DNA of 55,377 nt, from IMG/VR virus record IMGVR_UViG_3300023095_000122, positions 1 to 55,377 of that record; one strand, 5' to 3'. Below the pieces are notes generated by a model. It had not been told where the DNA came from, did no database searches, and was given only the letters and a program-made list of their open reading frames with translations. The position numbers and the translations under genes are program-made. This document shows, piece by piece, positions 45,490 to 54,768 of this stretch (positions are counted from its first letter, which is position 1; the number at the start of each line of letters is the position of its first letter). This stretch comes from a virus. Taxonomy: Duplodnaviria > Caudoviricetes.

Positions 45490-46455
45490 TTAACCTGTAC
45501 AATATCCGCCATCACAACCTCCACCCCTCATTCTAAACAAATCCTGCTGCTCAGTCAATATTGCTATCTGCTGCATTGATAATTGTGCATGGAAAGTACC
45601 GCCAATCATAGACTCCATAACCATTGCATTTTTTATGATATTTGGATTCCTATTATAATTATCGCGGATGGTCAATGGGTGTTTCCAAAAGCAAAATTGA
45701 CAATTACTGTTCTCTGGGAATTCAACCTCTGGATGTTCACTCCAATATTTAAGCACATCAAATTGAGTGGTAAAATCGTTGATCAGCGGAAATTCACCGG
45801 TTCTAAAAGGTACCGTTAGCCATCGATGTCTATGAGGTGTGCTTATATTCCTGTTATATTTATAGCGCCGATCACCATTTTTGTAAGAGTGAGGCAGAAT
45901 TTCGGTAACCATATTACCTGGCACATGATCACCGCAAAAGTCATAGGCGACTTCACAGTGGGTTGCGTACTCATACGTATCTTTAAAGGACTCCGCACGC
46001 TTCTCTTCATCAAAACGAAATCCTATTCTCATAGTACATGGCAGAGAGTGATACATAAATAAGAATTCAAATATGGGCTGAATCTTAAATAAATGTGTAC
46101 AGTACCGATGCTGTTTATTCGGTAGCAACTTCTTATGTGTGTTGATTTGATTAAATCCATCGCCACGTAACCAGATTATTTCCCTTCCCAAATGCTGCTC
46201 CAGATCGAACATTGTTTTTATTGTCAATGGATCCTCAGCTGTTGCCCAAAATTCCGGTTGATGGCTACAGTATTTTTGTAGTTTATCATTTACCATCTGC
46301 CTAATTTTCGGATCAGTTACATCAAATGACTTACTACCTCTGTTACTGTTATGATCATCCAAACAGACAAGTGAGAATATTTCCAAATCTGCAGGATAAT
46401 GCACCGCCATATACGAGCTGGTCTTTCCTCCTGATAAACTGTTTACAGTGATCAT
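45490..46455 (-). CDS. PAPS reductase-like (PP-loop, Cys-rich) protein
   Basis: SLSGGKTS, RYCT..K, IGFRFDE, SNCQFCFWK, CDGGYC. Confidence 0.8.
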   Translation of the reverse strand: MITVNSLSGGKTSSYMAVHYPADLEIFSLVCLDDHNSNRGSKSFDVTDPKIRQMVNDKLQKYCSHQPEFWATAEDPLTIKTMFDLEQHLGREIIWLRGDGFNQINTHKKLLPNKQHRYCTHLFKIQPIFEFLFMYHSLPCTMRIGFRFDEEKRAESFKDTYEYATHCEVAYDFCGDHVPGNMVTEILPHSYKNGDRRYKYNRNISTPHRHRWLTVPFRTGEFPLINDFTTQFDVLKYWSEHPEVEFPENSNCQFCFWKHPLTIRDNYNRNPNIIKNAMVMESMIGGTFHAQLSMQQIAILTEQQDLFRMRGGGCDGGYCTG

Positions 46456-47774
46456 GCAACTTCCTCCTTCACAAGGCTTTTATACCTTTGACGAATTACA
46501 TTTATATTCTTGTTCATCAGATCAATAATCTGGTCATGGTATATTGAAGGATCGTTCTTCATGCCTCTTGATTGAACGATTTTCATTGTCTTAAGGGATA
46601 ATTCAATTGTCTCAACTGGCTTTCCTTCTATTTTAGCGGAAAAACATAATGAATCTGGTCTTGTATAATAGGAACTAGAATACACACAATGCTGATGGGC
46701 ATCACCCTCGGCAATAAATTCCTGTACGCTTTCCAAAAATTTTATTGTCAACTCTCCCTCTGAAAAAACTATCCCGAAGAAATTTGCTTTTTCTTTTACA
46801 TAATCTAACTGCTCTTGTTCTGCCTGTAATTTCCTTCTTTCAGCCTGTTCACGGCTTCGTACAGCATCAGCCAATAACTTTGACTTTTCCCTCTTCATTA
46901 CATATCTATGGTGTTCTTTCTTGAAATTAGCAGGACAAACATATTTAGGGCTACGTAAATCTTTACCTGCGTCTTGTAGCATTTGCAGGTAATCTAAATA
47001 GGAAGCAGGATCCTTAACGATATATTTATTTCTGATGCAGATTTTAATTGAATCCCAATATTTATAAATATCGCTATCCCGCCTACCTAATCGTACTGAC
47101 GCCAATCCCCACTGTTTAGCTTTTAAGAGCGTTTCAAGTTTTGAATCTTGTAATAAGGTCTTAAGCATAGAATAAAGAGCAACGTTTTCTATTTGATCAC
47201 TGAATCCGTTACGTTTATAGATCGGAAGATACTTGGAATCAGGCATAATTTTATCTGCATATAAATCATACTTATTGGAATTATAGTAAGTGGCTAAATT
47301 GGTTCTAATCTCCATGTCACCACCATAACCACCATAACCACCATTTCCGTAGGATTGAGTTCTACCTACAATAGTCAACTTTCCGTCAGGTGTAAACCAT
47401 TGCTGAACAATTTCCCTTATGAATAATTCAGGCTTCCATCCTGCCTTATGTGAAGATTCAATTTCAAAAAACCTGTTAACCTGGAAGTCGCCGACAACGT
47501 GCATCAATGCAACTGTAGCATCTTGCTTTAGGTTCTTTTTTAATGTATCTCGAATAGATAATTTTACACCACATTCAGGACAACGGCAGGTTTTTATCTT
47601 TTGTTTACCCGCCCATTGGTGACCACAATCTAAACATGATGTTTTGGTTTTAGTCCTGTAAGCAACGTGTTTAAGGCAATTTTTAAATGCCCATTGTTTT
47701 TGATCTGATGCAAGATTGAGCAACTGATCACTTAGCCTTTTGACTTGTACTTGAAGTTTAGTTCTTGGTTGCAT
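46452..47774 (-). CDS. PcfJ-like protein
   Basis: Zn ribbon CLDC/CPEC; C-terminal EGDAHQHCV..TIE..VQSRG. Confidence 0.85.
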   Translation of the reverse strand: MQPRTKLQVQVKRLSDQLLNLASDQKQWAFKNCLKHVAYRTKTKTSCLDCGHQWAGKQKIKTCRCPECGVKLSIRDTLKKNLKQDATVALMHVVGDFQVNRFFEIESSHKAGWKPELFIREIVQQWFTPDGKLTIVGRTQSYGNGGYGGYGGDMEIRTNLATYYNSNKYDLYADKIMPDSKYLPIYKRNGFSDQIENVALYSMLKTLLQDSKLETLLKAKQWGLASVRLGRRDSDIYKYWDSIKICIRNKYIVKDPASYLDYLQMLQDAGKDLRSPKYVCPANFKKEHHRYVMKREKSKLLADAVRSREQAERRKLQAEQEQLDYVKEKANFFGIVFSEGELTIKFLESVQEFIAEGDAHQHCVYSSSYYTRPDSLCFSAKIEGKPVETIELSLKTMKIVQSRGMKNDPSIYHDQIIDLMNKNINVIRQRYKSLVKEEVA

Positions 47775-47778
47775 AGCT

Positions 47779-48153
47779 TTAGAATAAGGAAGATTGGTTT
47801 TCTACTATTAATTGCTTTTTTATAGTCCGTATAGGCGCAGATTTAGCTTCTACCTTTGGATTGTTTTTATCGGTAACAGGAGAAGCAACCGAGTGATTAA
47901 CTATTACATTGCCCTTGATTGGTGCATGAATGACAATATCATCTTCATCATAATAATGAACCGCCATGTTATACACTTCTTCGTCTGCAAAGCCATTACA
48001 ACCACTTGCTTTAACGGTGTTCATTATATAGGTTACGCAATCTTTGATATTCTTATTCTTTTTTTTGAACGTAACAGCAAACAAAGGATCTGCTGCTGCT
48101 ACACTTTTTAAGTGCGCGCTGATTGCTTGTGTAAATAAATCTGATGCTTTCAT
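47779..48153 (-). CDS. PcfK-like protein (start probably ATG 48153)
   Basis: DPLFA..KNIKDCVTYI..GFADEEVYNMAVHYYDEDDI; paired with PcfJ. Confidence 0.85.
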   Translation of the reverse strand: MKASDLFTQAISAHLKSVAAADPLFAVTFKKKNKNIKDCVTYIMNTVKASGCNGFADEEVYNMAVHYYDEDDIVIHAPIKGNVIVNHSVASPVTDKNNPKVEAKSAPIRTIKKQLIVENQSSLF

Positions 48154-48270
48154 ATCTAAATGGATTTTACCACCCAAATCCAGCTATTACACTGGTTTGT
48201 AGATTAAGGCGGAGCGACTGACGCCGATCAAGCTGTTTTACACTCCGCCGGGGGTTAAATAATAAATTGA

Positions 48271-49035
48271 TTATGAATAAAGGCCTTGATTAATGCCTAG
48301 TAGTTTTTCGCAGATCGCCATGGTATCCGGGGCAAAGTCTTTGGAATACATCCATTGTACGTAACCAGAATCAAACTTTGCTTTGTTGCCTTTTTTGGTG
48401 CCGAAATTGAAAACGATATCGCCATCACCATCTATAGTAAACTTTCCAGACAGATCCAGTACTGGTTTATCATGATTGCAGTATAAATGCATAGCGTCCA
48501 TATCCTGCGGTAGATCTGGATACTCTTGTAGTTGCTTAAGGAAAACATTTACAGTTTCATTGATATCGGCAACGGCGCTGTGAGCATTTTCGAACGTGTA
48601 CCCCAGATAAAACAGCACTGCAGCTTCCAGCGTCCTTCGCTCCTTACGTTTGAATATATTCCCTACATCAACAAAACGTCTCGAAGAATAATCGAGCGTC
48701 AAACCTGCCCGCAGGAATTCTGCATAAAGCATTGGAATATCGAAACGATTACTATTGAAGCCGCCGAAATCACAGCCAGCGAGAATATCCCAGATAAAGG
48801 GTGCCAGTTGGCTAAATGTTTGTTCATCCACTACGTCCTGATCATAAATACCATGGATTGCAGATGACGCTGCGGGGATAAGCATTTGTGGATTGATCAA
48901 CCAGGAGAAATCTTCTCTAGTGTAATCAGGGTGAAGTTTACAGATTGCTAATTCGACAATTCTGTCTTTTGAGGTGTCTAAACCGGTCGCTTCTATATCA
49001 AAGAAGGCGATGGGCCTACTAAATTTAAAACTCAT
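48271..49035 (-). CDS. DEDDh 3'-5' exonuclease (DnaQ-like)
   Basis: FFDIEATG, FNSNRFD, AHSAVAD. Confidence 0.9.
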   Translation of the reverse strand: MSFKFSRPIAFFDIEATGLDTSKDRIVELAICKLHPDYTREDFSWLINPQMLIPAASSAIHGIYDQDVVDEQTFSQLAPFIWDILAGCDFGGFNSNRFDIPMLYAEFLRAGLTLDYSSRRFVDVGNIFKRKERRTLEAAVLFYLGYTFENAHSAVADINETVNVFLKQLQEYPDLPQDMDAMHLYCNHDKPVLDLSGKFTIDGDGDIVFNFGTKKGNKAKFDSGYVQWMYSKDFAPDTMAICEKLLGINQGLYS

Positions 49036-49087
49036 AACTTTTGCTTTTAAAATGTGGGTGAAATAATTCTCAGGGTTGCTGCCCTGT

Positions 49088-51175
49088 TTAACTATGGTAG
49101 TACGCTTGAAATCTAACTGTGTCTTTATATTCTGGTGACTTTATAAGGCCATCACCACGGCCACTTAATGACTCTGCGCCTGCCTCATCCAGAACAACTA
49201 TGCTGTCTACGGCTTTTGGTACGTAATAGCAGATTACTACAGGGAAATTTGCTTTAGCATCGCCAGTGATAACCTTTACTGATGCACGCTGAGTCGCAGC
49301 CATTACACGGATACCGCTGGATCTGCCTTTCTGAAGAATAACCCTAAGATTTTCCTCCAACGGCTTTAATTCACCAATGGTTACCATTCCCATTTTAGCG
49401 CCACCGTTGGCATAGCTGCCGATCTCTTGTAATTCTTTAAGGATAAGTTCCTTTCCTTTTCGTGATGAAGCAACCGCATCAGCAAACTCATCGAAGATTA
49501 CCAGTATCTTACTTTTAGTGCCTGCTTTAACCATGTCATTCATCAGATCAACCAGGTCAATCATAGCTTCTTCAATCTCAATGATCTCCTGATAAACCTT
49601 CACCCGTGGATTGTTTTTGTAACTGGTGAATTCATATTTAGGATCAAGAATTATGATTGTATCAGCAGCCCCTTCTAAGGCATATTCTATTGTTGATTTG
49701 ACACTAACAGATTTACCGCTACCGGTAGCACCGCAAACAAGAGCATGAGGTGTGGAGTGATTATCAAGGTCCCAGAATACTACGTTACCATAGTTGTCTT
49801 TCCCGATCGGAATTTTTCGGTTGACCATATCACTCAGTGTGAATGGAAGATCACGATCACGGTTTTTAGAGAATTCTACTGATAGGTATGATTTTCCATC
49901 GTAAACGGTAAGGTCCTTAAGAATACGGACGTTTGAAACATTAAGTTGATTAGCGATATCCAGCTTATGATTATGGATTGAAGCAATTTTAACACCTGCA
50001 GAAACTTCCAGCAAATATGTATTGCTTGAATAGCCATCAAATTGATGAGCTACTTTAACTATTGTACCGAATGATCGCAGTACGTGTTCGATTTTTTCTT
50101 GAGGAGTCATGTTTTTATCGCTTAGATCGTATTGAATGAATGCGGATGCACTCATCTTAAATTCTTTAATTACTTTAGGGCTAATGCTTCCCAATGATGC
50201 ATCCCTGATTTTTTTGAGACGTTTAGCAACGAGTTCTTTTTTATCATCTCTTACATTGAAGTCATCCACTTCTGCGATCATGGTTTTACACCAGAAATCA
50301 TACAGCTCAGCCTTGTCGACGAAGTTGTCAGAATCATTTATCAGGTATACATAATCCGGATCGCTTACGGCTGAAATCATCCGTTTTAAAGGCTCGTACA
50401 GGATTGCTTCATACAGCCTCCGGGTATCCTTATCCATCACTACTGGATACTTGACCATCTGCGGAGAGTTATCTTTGTTTTTTGAGTATTTGTTTTCAAT
50501 AAACCATACCTCATCAACCGCTTCTCCGGTCTTAGCTTCAAAGCAGCTGACGTAAGTCATTGCCTGAACACCGATAGCGAGTTTTACAGCCTGCTCATCA
50601 GAGAATGCTGCTTTTGACTTATGATCAATGATCACTACCCTACCATCGTTTGTGCGGATTACTAAATCGATCTTAGCGTGACAAGGAAGTGGAATATCTA
50701 CTCCATTTACCGTAAGAAACTCATCACAATAAATTTCAACATATAGAACTTCTGCGATCTGATCCTCATAAGTAGTTAGCTCAGCAAAGAAGTTTTTTAG
50801 CAGTGAAGCGCTAACCGTTGTAGCTTTTTTCTTGCAATCTTCTACTGTAGGATTAGTTTTTTGAATCTTCCAGATATACGCCGGCCGCTCATCGATATAA
50901 TCAAATGCAAACATTTCAAGATCTGCGATATCAAACCGCTTCGCTTCATGCCATGCAGTAAAGTATCGGTCCAGAGCAAAGTGATAAGCGTTACCAGATA
51001 CAGAAGAGGCTGACGATTTTGAACGCTGACCATAGATGTGGATCATTTCAAATGCCTTCTCATTCCGAGAAAACTGATTAAGCTTCGAGTAGCTCCAACT
51101 GTCTACAAGATAGTTGGACATTAAATTGTCCAACTGATCAGGAGACCACGATCTATATATACTTAGCTCTCCCAT
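49088..51175 (-). CDS. PD-(D/E)XK nuclease fused to an FtsK-family ATPase
   Basis: N-terminal WSYSKL..GNAYH..KIDLV..IIDHKS..Q..Y; C-terminal PHALVCGATGSGKS, VIFDE, ATQR, GAESLSGRGDGL. Confidence 0.85.
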   Translation of the reverse strand: MGELSIYRSWSPDQLDNLMSNYLVDSWSYSKLNQFSRNEKAFEMIHIYGQRSKSSASSVSGNAYHFALDRYFTAWHEAKRFDIADLEMFAFDYIDERPAYIWKIQKTNPTVEDCKKKATTVSASLLKNFFAELTTYEDQIAEVLYVEIYCDEFLTVNGVDIPLPCHAKIDLVIRTNDGRVVIIDHKSKAAFSDEQAVKLAIGVQAMTYVSCFEAKTGEAVDEVWFIENKYSKNKDNSPQMVKYPVVMDKDTRRLYEAILYEPLKRMISAVSDPDYVYLINDSDNFVDKAELYDFWCKTMIAEVDDFNVRDDKKELVAKRLKKIRDASLGSISPKVIKEFKMSASAFIQYDLSDKNMTPQEKIEHVLRSFGTIVKVAHQFDGYSSNTYLLEVSAGVKIASIHNHKLDIANQLNVSNVRILKDLTVYDGKSYLSVEFSKNRDRDLPFTLSDMVNRKIPIGKDNYGNVVFWDLDNHSTPHALVCGATGSGKSVSVKSTIEYALEGAADTIIILDPKYEFTSYKNNPRVKVYQEIIEIEEAMIDLVDLMNDMVKAGTKSKILVIFDEFADAVASSRKGKELILKELQEIGSYANGGAKMGMVTIGELKPLEENLRVILQKGRSSGIRVMAATQRASVKVITGDAKANFPVVICYYVPKAVDSIVVLDEAGAESLSGRGDGLIKSPEYKDTVRFQAYYHS

Positions 51176-51177
51176 GA

Positions 51178-51921
51178 TTAAGGTAATTGAGGAATCAATG
51201 GTATTTGAGCATTAGCGGCCGCAGCTTCTTTAGCTTCTTCCTTTTTTTCTTTTAACTCGGCCTTTTTATCTTTGACCTTATCGACATCAGCCGTTTCTTC
51301 CACAAAAACAAACTTTGCATCCTCAATATCTCCCTCTGGTAATTCAGATCCGGTTATAGTATCATAAAGCCATTTACGTGCTTTACGAGTAGCTTTACCA
51401 ATTACAGCATCCGTTCCCATCATGCTATTCATTTTAACTGGTATCTCAATTGTCTCTTCGGATTTTACCCCGTCAATCGTCCACTTGATTATCATTTTGA
51501 TTGCGGCACTTGACTTGTCTGCATTAATTCTTGGCAGTTCAGGAGTTATTTTAAAATGCAAGCCTGGTATATTTTTTAGCAGCTCACCTACCCCTTCCTT
51601 GGTGGCATATGTATTACTCGCAATAATATTAAACTGATTACCAGTAGGCTGCAGCCCCATCAATACAGCCTCGATAAGACAGTTTTTTACTACCGATTCA
51701 GGATATCCTCCATCCTTATCTTTATCTGTTTTAAAACCAAGTTTATTACCTTGCATAGCCATAATAGGCTTCATATATTCCGGAGTAAGAAGAACCTTTA
51801 GTTTTTCAATTGCTGAGGCAACTAAAAAAGCTTTTTCAAATCCTATGATTTGCGTATTCGTTAGAACCGTAGAAACACTATCATTTAGTTGCTTTGCTAC
51901 TTCTGTCTGTTTATTTTCCAT
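51178..51921 (-). CDS. Putative RecT-like single-strand annealing protein
   Basis: AVLMGLQP..FNII and GKATRKARKWL resemble RecT motifs; adjacent to the nuclease. Confidence 0.5.
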   Translation of the reverse strand: MENKQTEVAKQLNDSVSTVLTNTQIIGFEKAFLVASAIEKLKVLLTPEYMKPIMAMQGNKLGFKTDKDKDGGYPESVVKNCLIEAVLMGLQPTGNQFNIIASNTYATKEGVGELLKNIPGLHFKITPELPRINADKSSAAIKMIIKWTIDGVKSEETIEIPVKMNSMMGTDAVIGKATRKARKWLYDTITGSELPEGDIEDAKFVFVEETADVDKVKDKKAELKEKKEEAKEAAAANAQIPLIPQLP

Positions 51922-51928
51922 TATAATT

Positions 51929-52150
51929 TTATGATTGCTTTAAATGTGATTTCATTTGTTCTACCTGAGCGGTGAAGCCCAAACCTTCTGTTACTGATAT
52001 TACCGCTATGGCGGTGGCATCGGTGCTGGCATCCTTAAACTGTTGCTGCAGATAAATTAATTGTGCCGCTCGCACGCCGATCAGTAATCTTGAGATTGAT
52101 GCATTCTTGCATTTTTCTCGTGTGACTGGATCTTGAATAGTGATGATCAT
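51929..52150 (-). CDS. Hypothetical protein
   Basis: MIITIQ.. in operon. Confidence 0.5.
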   Translation of the reverse strand: MIITIQDPVTREKCKNASISRLLIGVRAAQLIYLQQQFKDASTDATAIAVISVTEGLGFTAQVEQMKSHLKQS

Positions 52151-52401
52151 GCTTCCTGCTCTTCTAACTCGAAGCAAATTGATTCACTCCCCTGGTTACG
52201 CTCTTCTCCGACGTCTTGACACGAGAGGGAGCAGTATCTCTGCCCATATTTGATGTGAATGTCATTAGGGTTAATTTTTGAATTGCAGGTAAAGCATTTC
52301 TGGGCAATTGCTGTTGCGATACTTTCCATTTGCTTTAAAATATTAGAGGGTGAGGTTATTTGTTTAGTATTTTTTGAGTTTGTAAGCGGATCTGCTTGCA
52401 T
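52147..52401 (-). CDS. Small zinc-finger protein
   Basis: CFTC...YCSLSC. Confidence 0.55.
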   Translation of the reverse strand: MQADPLTNSKNTKQITSPSNILKQMESIATAIAQKCFTCNSKINPNDIHIKYGQRYCSLSCQDVGEERNQGSESICFELEEQEA

Positions 52402-52461
52402 TCTTCCTGCATAGCAATGATCTTGTTGTACACTTGCGTGGCAAGGGCGTGCAACTCTTTT

Positions 52462-52671
52462 CTATCTTTTTGAGACATTTTTGAATAGGTTTTGATAGGT
52501 AATCAATTTTGAAGTTGGCTCGTACTGGATATGAACCTGATTCTTTACATGCTGAACCCAGGCATTGAAACCTTCGGTTGAATTTTCATAACCTTTAGGT
52601 ACAAATGTTTTAGACACTGCAAGCTTTTTTTGCTGCGGTCCTGATAATTGGTTTGATGAATGATTAATCAT
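52462..52671 (-). CDS. Hypothetical protein
   Basis: FNAWVQHV motif, in operon. Confidence 0.55.
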   Translation of the reverse strand: MINHSSNQLSGPQQKKLAVSKTFVPKGYENSTEGFNAWVQHVKNQVHIQYEPTSKLITYQNLFKNVSKR

Positions 52672-52744
52672 AACTTTGCTTTGCTTTAAAATGTTAAGGG
52701 GTGACTCTTGATATATTTGCCCGGGGTTGCTGCCCTGGGCATTT

Positions 52745-53029
52745 TTATTTCTTTTTCGATTTAAAGTAGTTCTGGCTCATGTATTCTTCAACATCTTTCC
52801 TTGTGAACCTCAAGCACCCTCCTACCAGGCTATACCCGATATTTTGCTTATTGTCGTTCACCCATTTCTTACCGAATCCGGTTAGAACCATTACTTCACG
52901 AGAGGTTAAATATGGCTTCTTAGCATCCTTTAATTCGGCCAAAGTTGATATTACAGTCATCTTCATATCTTCCACAGAGAAGATGAGTGCTTGAAGAGTA
53001 GCGGTTTCTACCAGTGTTATTCCTTCCAT
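52745..53029 (-). CDS. Excisionase-like HTH protein
   Basis: YLTSREVM..GKKWV..LRFTRKDVEEY (HTH_17-like). Confidence 0.75.
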   Translation of the reverse strand: MEGITLVETATLQALIFSVEDMKMTVISTLAELKDAKKPYLTSREVMVLTGFGKKWVNDNKQNIGYSLVGGCLRFTRKDVEEYMSQNYFKSKKK

Positions 53030-53277
53030 TATTTATTCCTCCAAACTTTTAAGTATTCAAAATCTTGTTTGAGCTTTACATTGCCCAGGATATCCTTTAC
53101 CGTCTCGTATTCGCGTTCTGGATACTTATATTTGATTTGTCTGCTGATGAGTGGTTGAACATTAGCACGGTCAGCGTACCAGAAGTAAATATCTCCGTGT
53201 TCAACTTCCAATTTTTCTAAAGGAGCAAGCCAGGTAAACTTCTCCTTCGGGGCCTCAATCACATTTACCATATCCAT
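53029..53277 (-). CDS. Hypothetical protein (possibly DNA-binding)
   Basis: 82 aa, coupled in the early operon. Confidence 0.55.
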   Translation of the reverse strand: MDMVNVIEAPKEKFTWLAPLEKLEVEHGDIYFWYADRANVQPLISRQIKYKYPEREYETVKDILGNVKLKQDFEYLKVWRNK

Positions 53278-53852
53278 TTTATTATTCCTTTTTTTGTTCC
53301 GTAAAAAATTATCTCCCCCCGGTTGTTACAACCCGTCTTTCTCATGATACTTTGAATGTGCGTGGTTACGGTTGATTCTGCCATATGAAGTACATCAGCA
53401 ATTATTTTATTTGCTTTAGTGATCTTCTTGATCACAAGTATTTCTGTTTTAGTTAGGTGACCGTTTTTAACCTTCAATGTGCAGCACAGTTTTCCTTCAG
53501 CTTTACACTTACCGCGAAATCCACATTCAAAATATTCAGACTCGCCCATTACACCGTGCACATCTATATCTGGACTAGGATCCAGACCGCCGTATTTACA
53601 AAATGTATAGTGTTTCAAATAATCTTCAGGAGATACACCTTTCAATTTTTTTAAGGCCTTGAGAGCGATTGCATTTGTGGATAGATCCACAGATAACTTC
53701 TCTTTAATCCATTCTGGGAATTCATTGAAGCTATTATATATAGTTCCATTATTAATACACCGCACATCAATATTATTTTTCTCCGCAAAAAATTCTACTC
53801 CATTATCGACCATTCCGGCGAAGTGTAAATTTTCATAAGTAGCTGTTAACAT
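53265..53852 (-). CDS. LuxR-type HTH regulator with Cys-rich N-terminal region (Cro position)
   Basis: CKYGGLD..CGFRGKC..CC; LTKTE..NKIIADVL..TVTTHIQSIMRKTG. Confidence 0.8.
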   Translation of the reverse strand: MLTATYENLHFAGMVDNGVEFFAEKNNIDVRCINNGTIYNSFNEFPEWIKEKLSVDLSTNAIALKALKKLKGVSPEDYLKHYTFCKYGGLDPSPDIDVHGVMGESEYFECGFRGKCKAEGKLCCTLKVKNGHLTKTEILVIKKITKANKIIADVLHMAESTVTTHIQSIMRKTGCNNRGEIIFYGTKKGIIKWIW

Positions 53853-53892
53853 ATCATAGTTTTTAAGTATATATCAATTAGGTGTTTTATAT

Positions 53893-53969
53893 TATCTTTG
53901 TTTTGTACAATACAAATGTAATATCATATTTGTGATATTTACAATATATTATCGCATTTGTGATATTTA
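53893..53969. promoter_or_regulatory. Lysis/lysogeny switch: opposing -7 boxes and two operator-like repeats
   Basis: Plus TATCTTTG 53893-53900; minus TACATTTG 53913-53920; ATTTGTGATATTTA at 53928 and 53956. Confidence 0.6.
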
Positions 53970-53978
53970 AATAGTTAA

Positions 53979-54767
53979 ATGACTGATAATCAAAAAGAAA
54001 AAATATCGCAACGATTCAAAGAAATGCGAAAATCTTTGAAAAAAGATCAAAAATCTTTTGCTGTTGAGGCTGGAATATTGCAAAGCCAGGTATCGGAGAT
54101 AGAAAACAACAAGAGAAATATCACAGCAGCGATACTCATAGCGATTGAAGATGCATACGGAGTCAGTAGAAAATGGATAGAATACGGAGAAGGAGAAATG
54201 CTCTTATCAGGCACTAAAAATACAGTAGAAGCGAAAGTTATAAGCCAGTTCCCCAATGTTGAAGAAAACGAAATCGATGATAAGTATTTATATGCACCAG
54301 ACGGATCTATGGGCATGAAGGTATACACGGTTCCCGCTAAGGCGCAAGCTGGATACTTAAGCGGATATCCGGATCCTGAATATTATGAGAGCTTCGATTA
54401 TGTAATCATTCCTGTAGACAAAAAGCATAGCAGCGATTATCTTTCATTTGAAGTTATTGGCGACAGCATGGTGTGCCTAAGCTCTATTGAAATGGCGGAA
54501 CGCAGCATCTTCCCTGGTAGAATTGCTGTAGGCAGACTTTTACAACGTGATAAATGGTACTATAAGCTACATATCCACAATTACGACTACTGGGTTATAG
54601 CGCATAAAACCAAAGGGATATTAATAAAAGGTATTATTAATCACGATGTCGTTAAAGGGATAATTACCATTCATTCTTTAAATCCAGATTATCAGGATGA
54701 GGATTTAAAACTTGATGATATCGAACAAATGTTTAGCGTGGTACAGATTGTAAATAAAACCAGATAA
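53979..54767 (+). CDS. CI-like repressor (XRE HTH plus S24 peptidase-like domain)
   Basis: QSQVSEIENNKR..WIEYGEGEM; FEVIGDSM, LIK, HSLNPDY. Confidence 0.9.
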   Translation: MTDNQKEKISQRFKEMRKSLKKDQKSFAVEAGILQSQVSEIENNKRNITAAILIAIEDAYGVSRKWIEYGEGEMLLSGTKNTVEAKVISQFPNVEENEIDDKYLYAPDGSMGMKVYTVPAKAQAGYLSGYPDPEYYESFDYVIIPVDKKHSSDYLSFEVIGDSMVCLSSIEMAERSIFPGRIAVGRLLQRDKWYYKLHIHNYDYWVIAHKTKGILIKGIINHDVVKGIITIHSLNPDYQDEDLKLDDIEQMFSVVQIVNKTR

Positions 54768-54768
54768 G

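Noticed and set aside
587-54328. Many antisense or nested ORFs in the track (e.g. 12127-12564, 13750-14187, 34056-34520, 21161-21514, 21387-21602)
   Set aside because: They are shadows of long genes or RNA elements on the other strand, with no recognisable motifs.
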